Assembly: GCF_006345805.1 (NCBI RefSeq)
Contig: NC_043013.1
Span: 14,012,001-14,076,000 of the forward strand
Direction of reading: 5' to 3'
Source: Octopus sinensis
Lineage: Eukaryota
DNA length: 64,000 bases
The notes under the pieces were generated by a model. That model worked only from the letters and a program-made list of their open reading frames with translations. It ran no database searches and had not been told where the DNA came from. Of this stretch, positions 63,572 through 64,000 are shown piece after piece (the stretch's first letter is position 1; every line of letters begins with the position of its first letter). A program made the position numbers and the translations under genes.

Positions 63572-64000
63572 TCAGCTATATTTATTTTGTATTTTATCTG
63601 AACTCCTGAATGCAGCTCTGTACACTTTGTTTATGTTTAGTATTTTGTTTGTAATATTTTCTGTTGTATCAACAGAGAACTCAATGTTCAGTACTGGTAC
63701 TGTATATATATTAATGTATACAGTGCTAATAATGCACATTGTATATATATATATATCTGTTTATGCAGTGCTACTGCAAACCAGAGAATGTTTCATACAC
63801 TACCTGCATATATTTTGGACTAACAGATTTGATTCTGTCTCTAAAGTGGCACATGCATGCCATGTTGATAAGCTGCATCTACAGTGAAATATGGATCTCA
63901 TGCTTTCATTCTAGGAATCACACTCACTTGCTTATGACCAAGATGCCAACTTAGCCATGTGCCTTTACAAGTCTCAAAATACTCCGCAAATGTCTGAAGA

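Noticed and set aside
63994-64000. CTGAAGA at the window end
   Set aside because: The rest of any motif lies outside the window and cannot be assessed.

Overview
AT-rich, repeat-saturated animal genomic DNA, most likely a coleoid cephalopod such as Octopus. This is inferred from the tRNA-derived SINE families, Helitron-type non-autonomous elements and extreme microsatellite density; no search was run. No intact host gene is recognisable: nearly all long ORFs are translated microsatellites, and only two weak candidate exons were seen. The window holds many copies of three main SINE families (labelled A, B and C here), several non-autonomous Helitrons and TTAA/hAT-type MITEs. It also holds decayed fragments of Gypsy, Tc1, hAT, CR1, Tx1/L1-like and RLE-type (HERO-like, R4-like) elements, two GC- or pyrimidine-rich minisatellites, a 100-N gap and a ~973-bp tandem duplication. 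The most striking hidden signal is a set of minimal type I hammerhead ribozyme motifs in Penelope-like termini. Two loci (16.9-17.1 kb and 52.5-52.7 kb) are fold-back inverted repeats that place a hammerhead core on each strand. A third canonical-core candidate lies at 13.4 kb and a variant-core candidate at 15.6 kb. Other notable items: a Helitron flanked by a perfect 70-bp direct duplication, a Helitron carrying a captured LINE ORF1-like 5' end, Tx1-like copies sitting inside (TATC)n whose 3' tail is shared with SINE family B, SINE B multimers with a fixed palindromic junction, and repeated local fold-back inversions.
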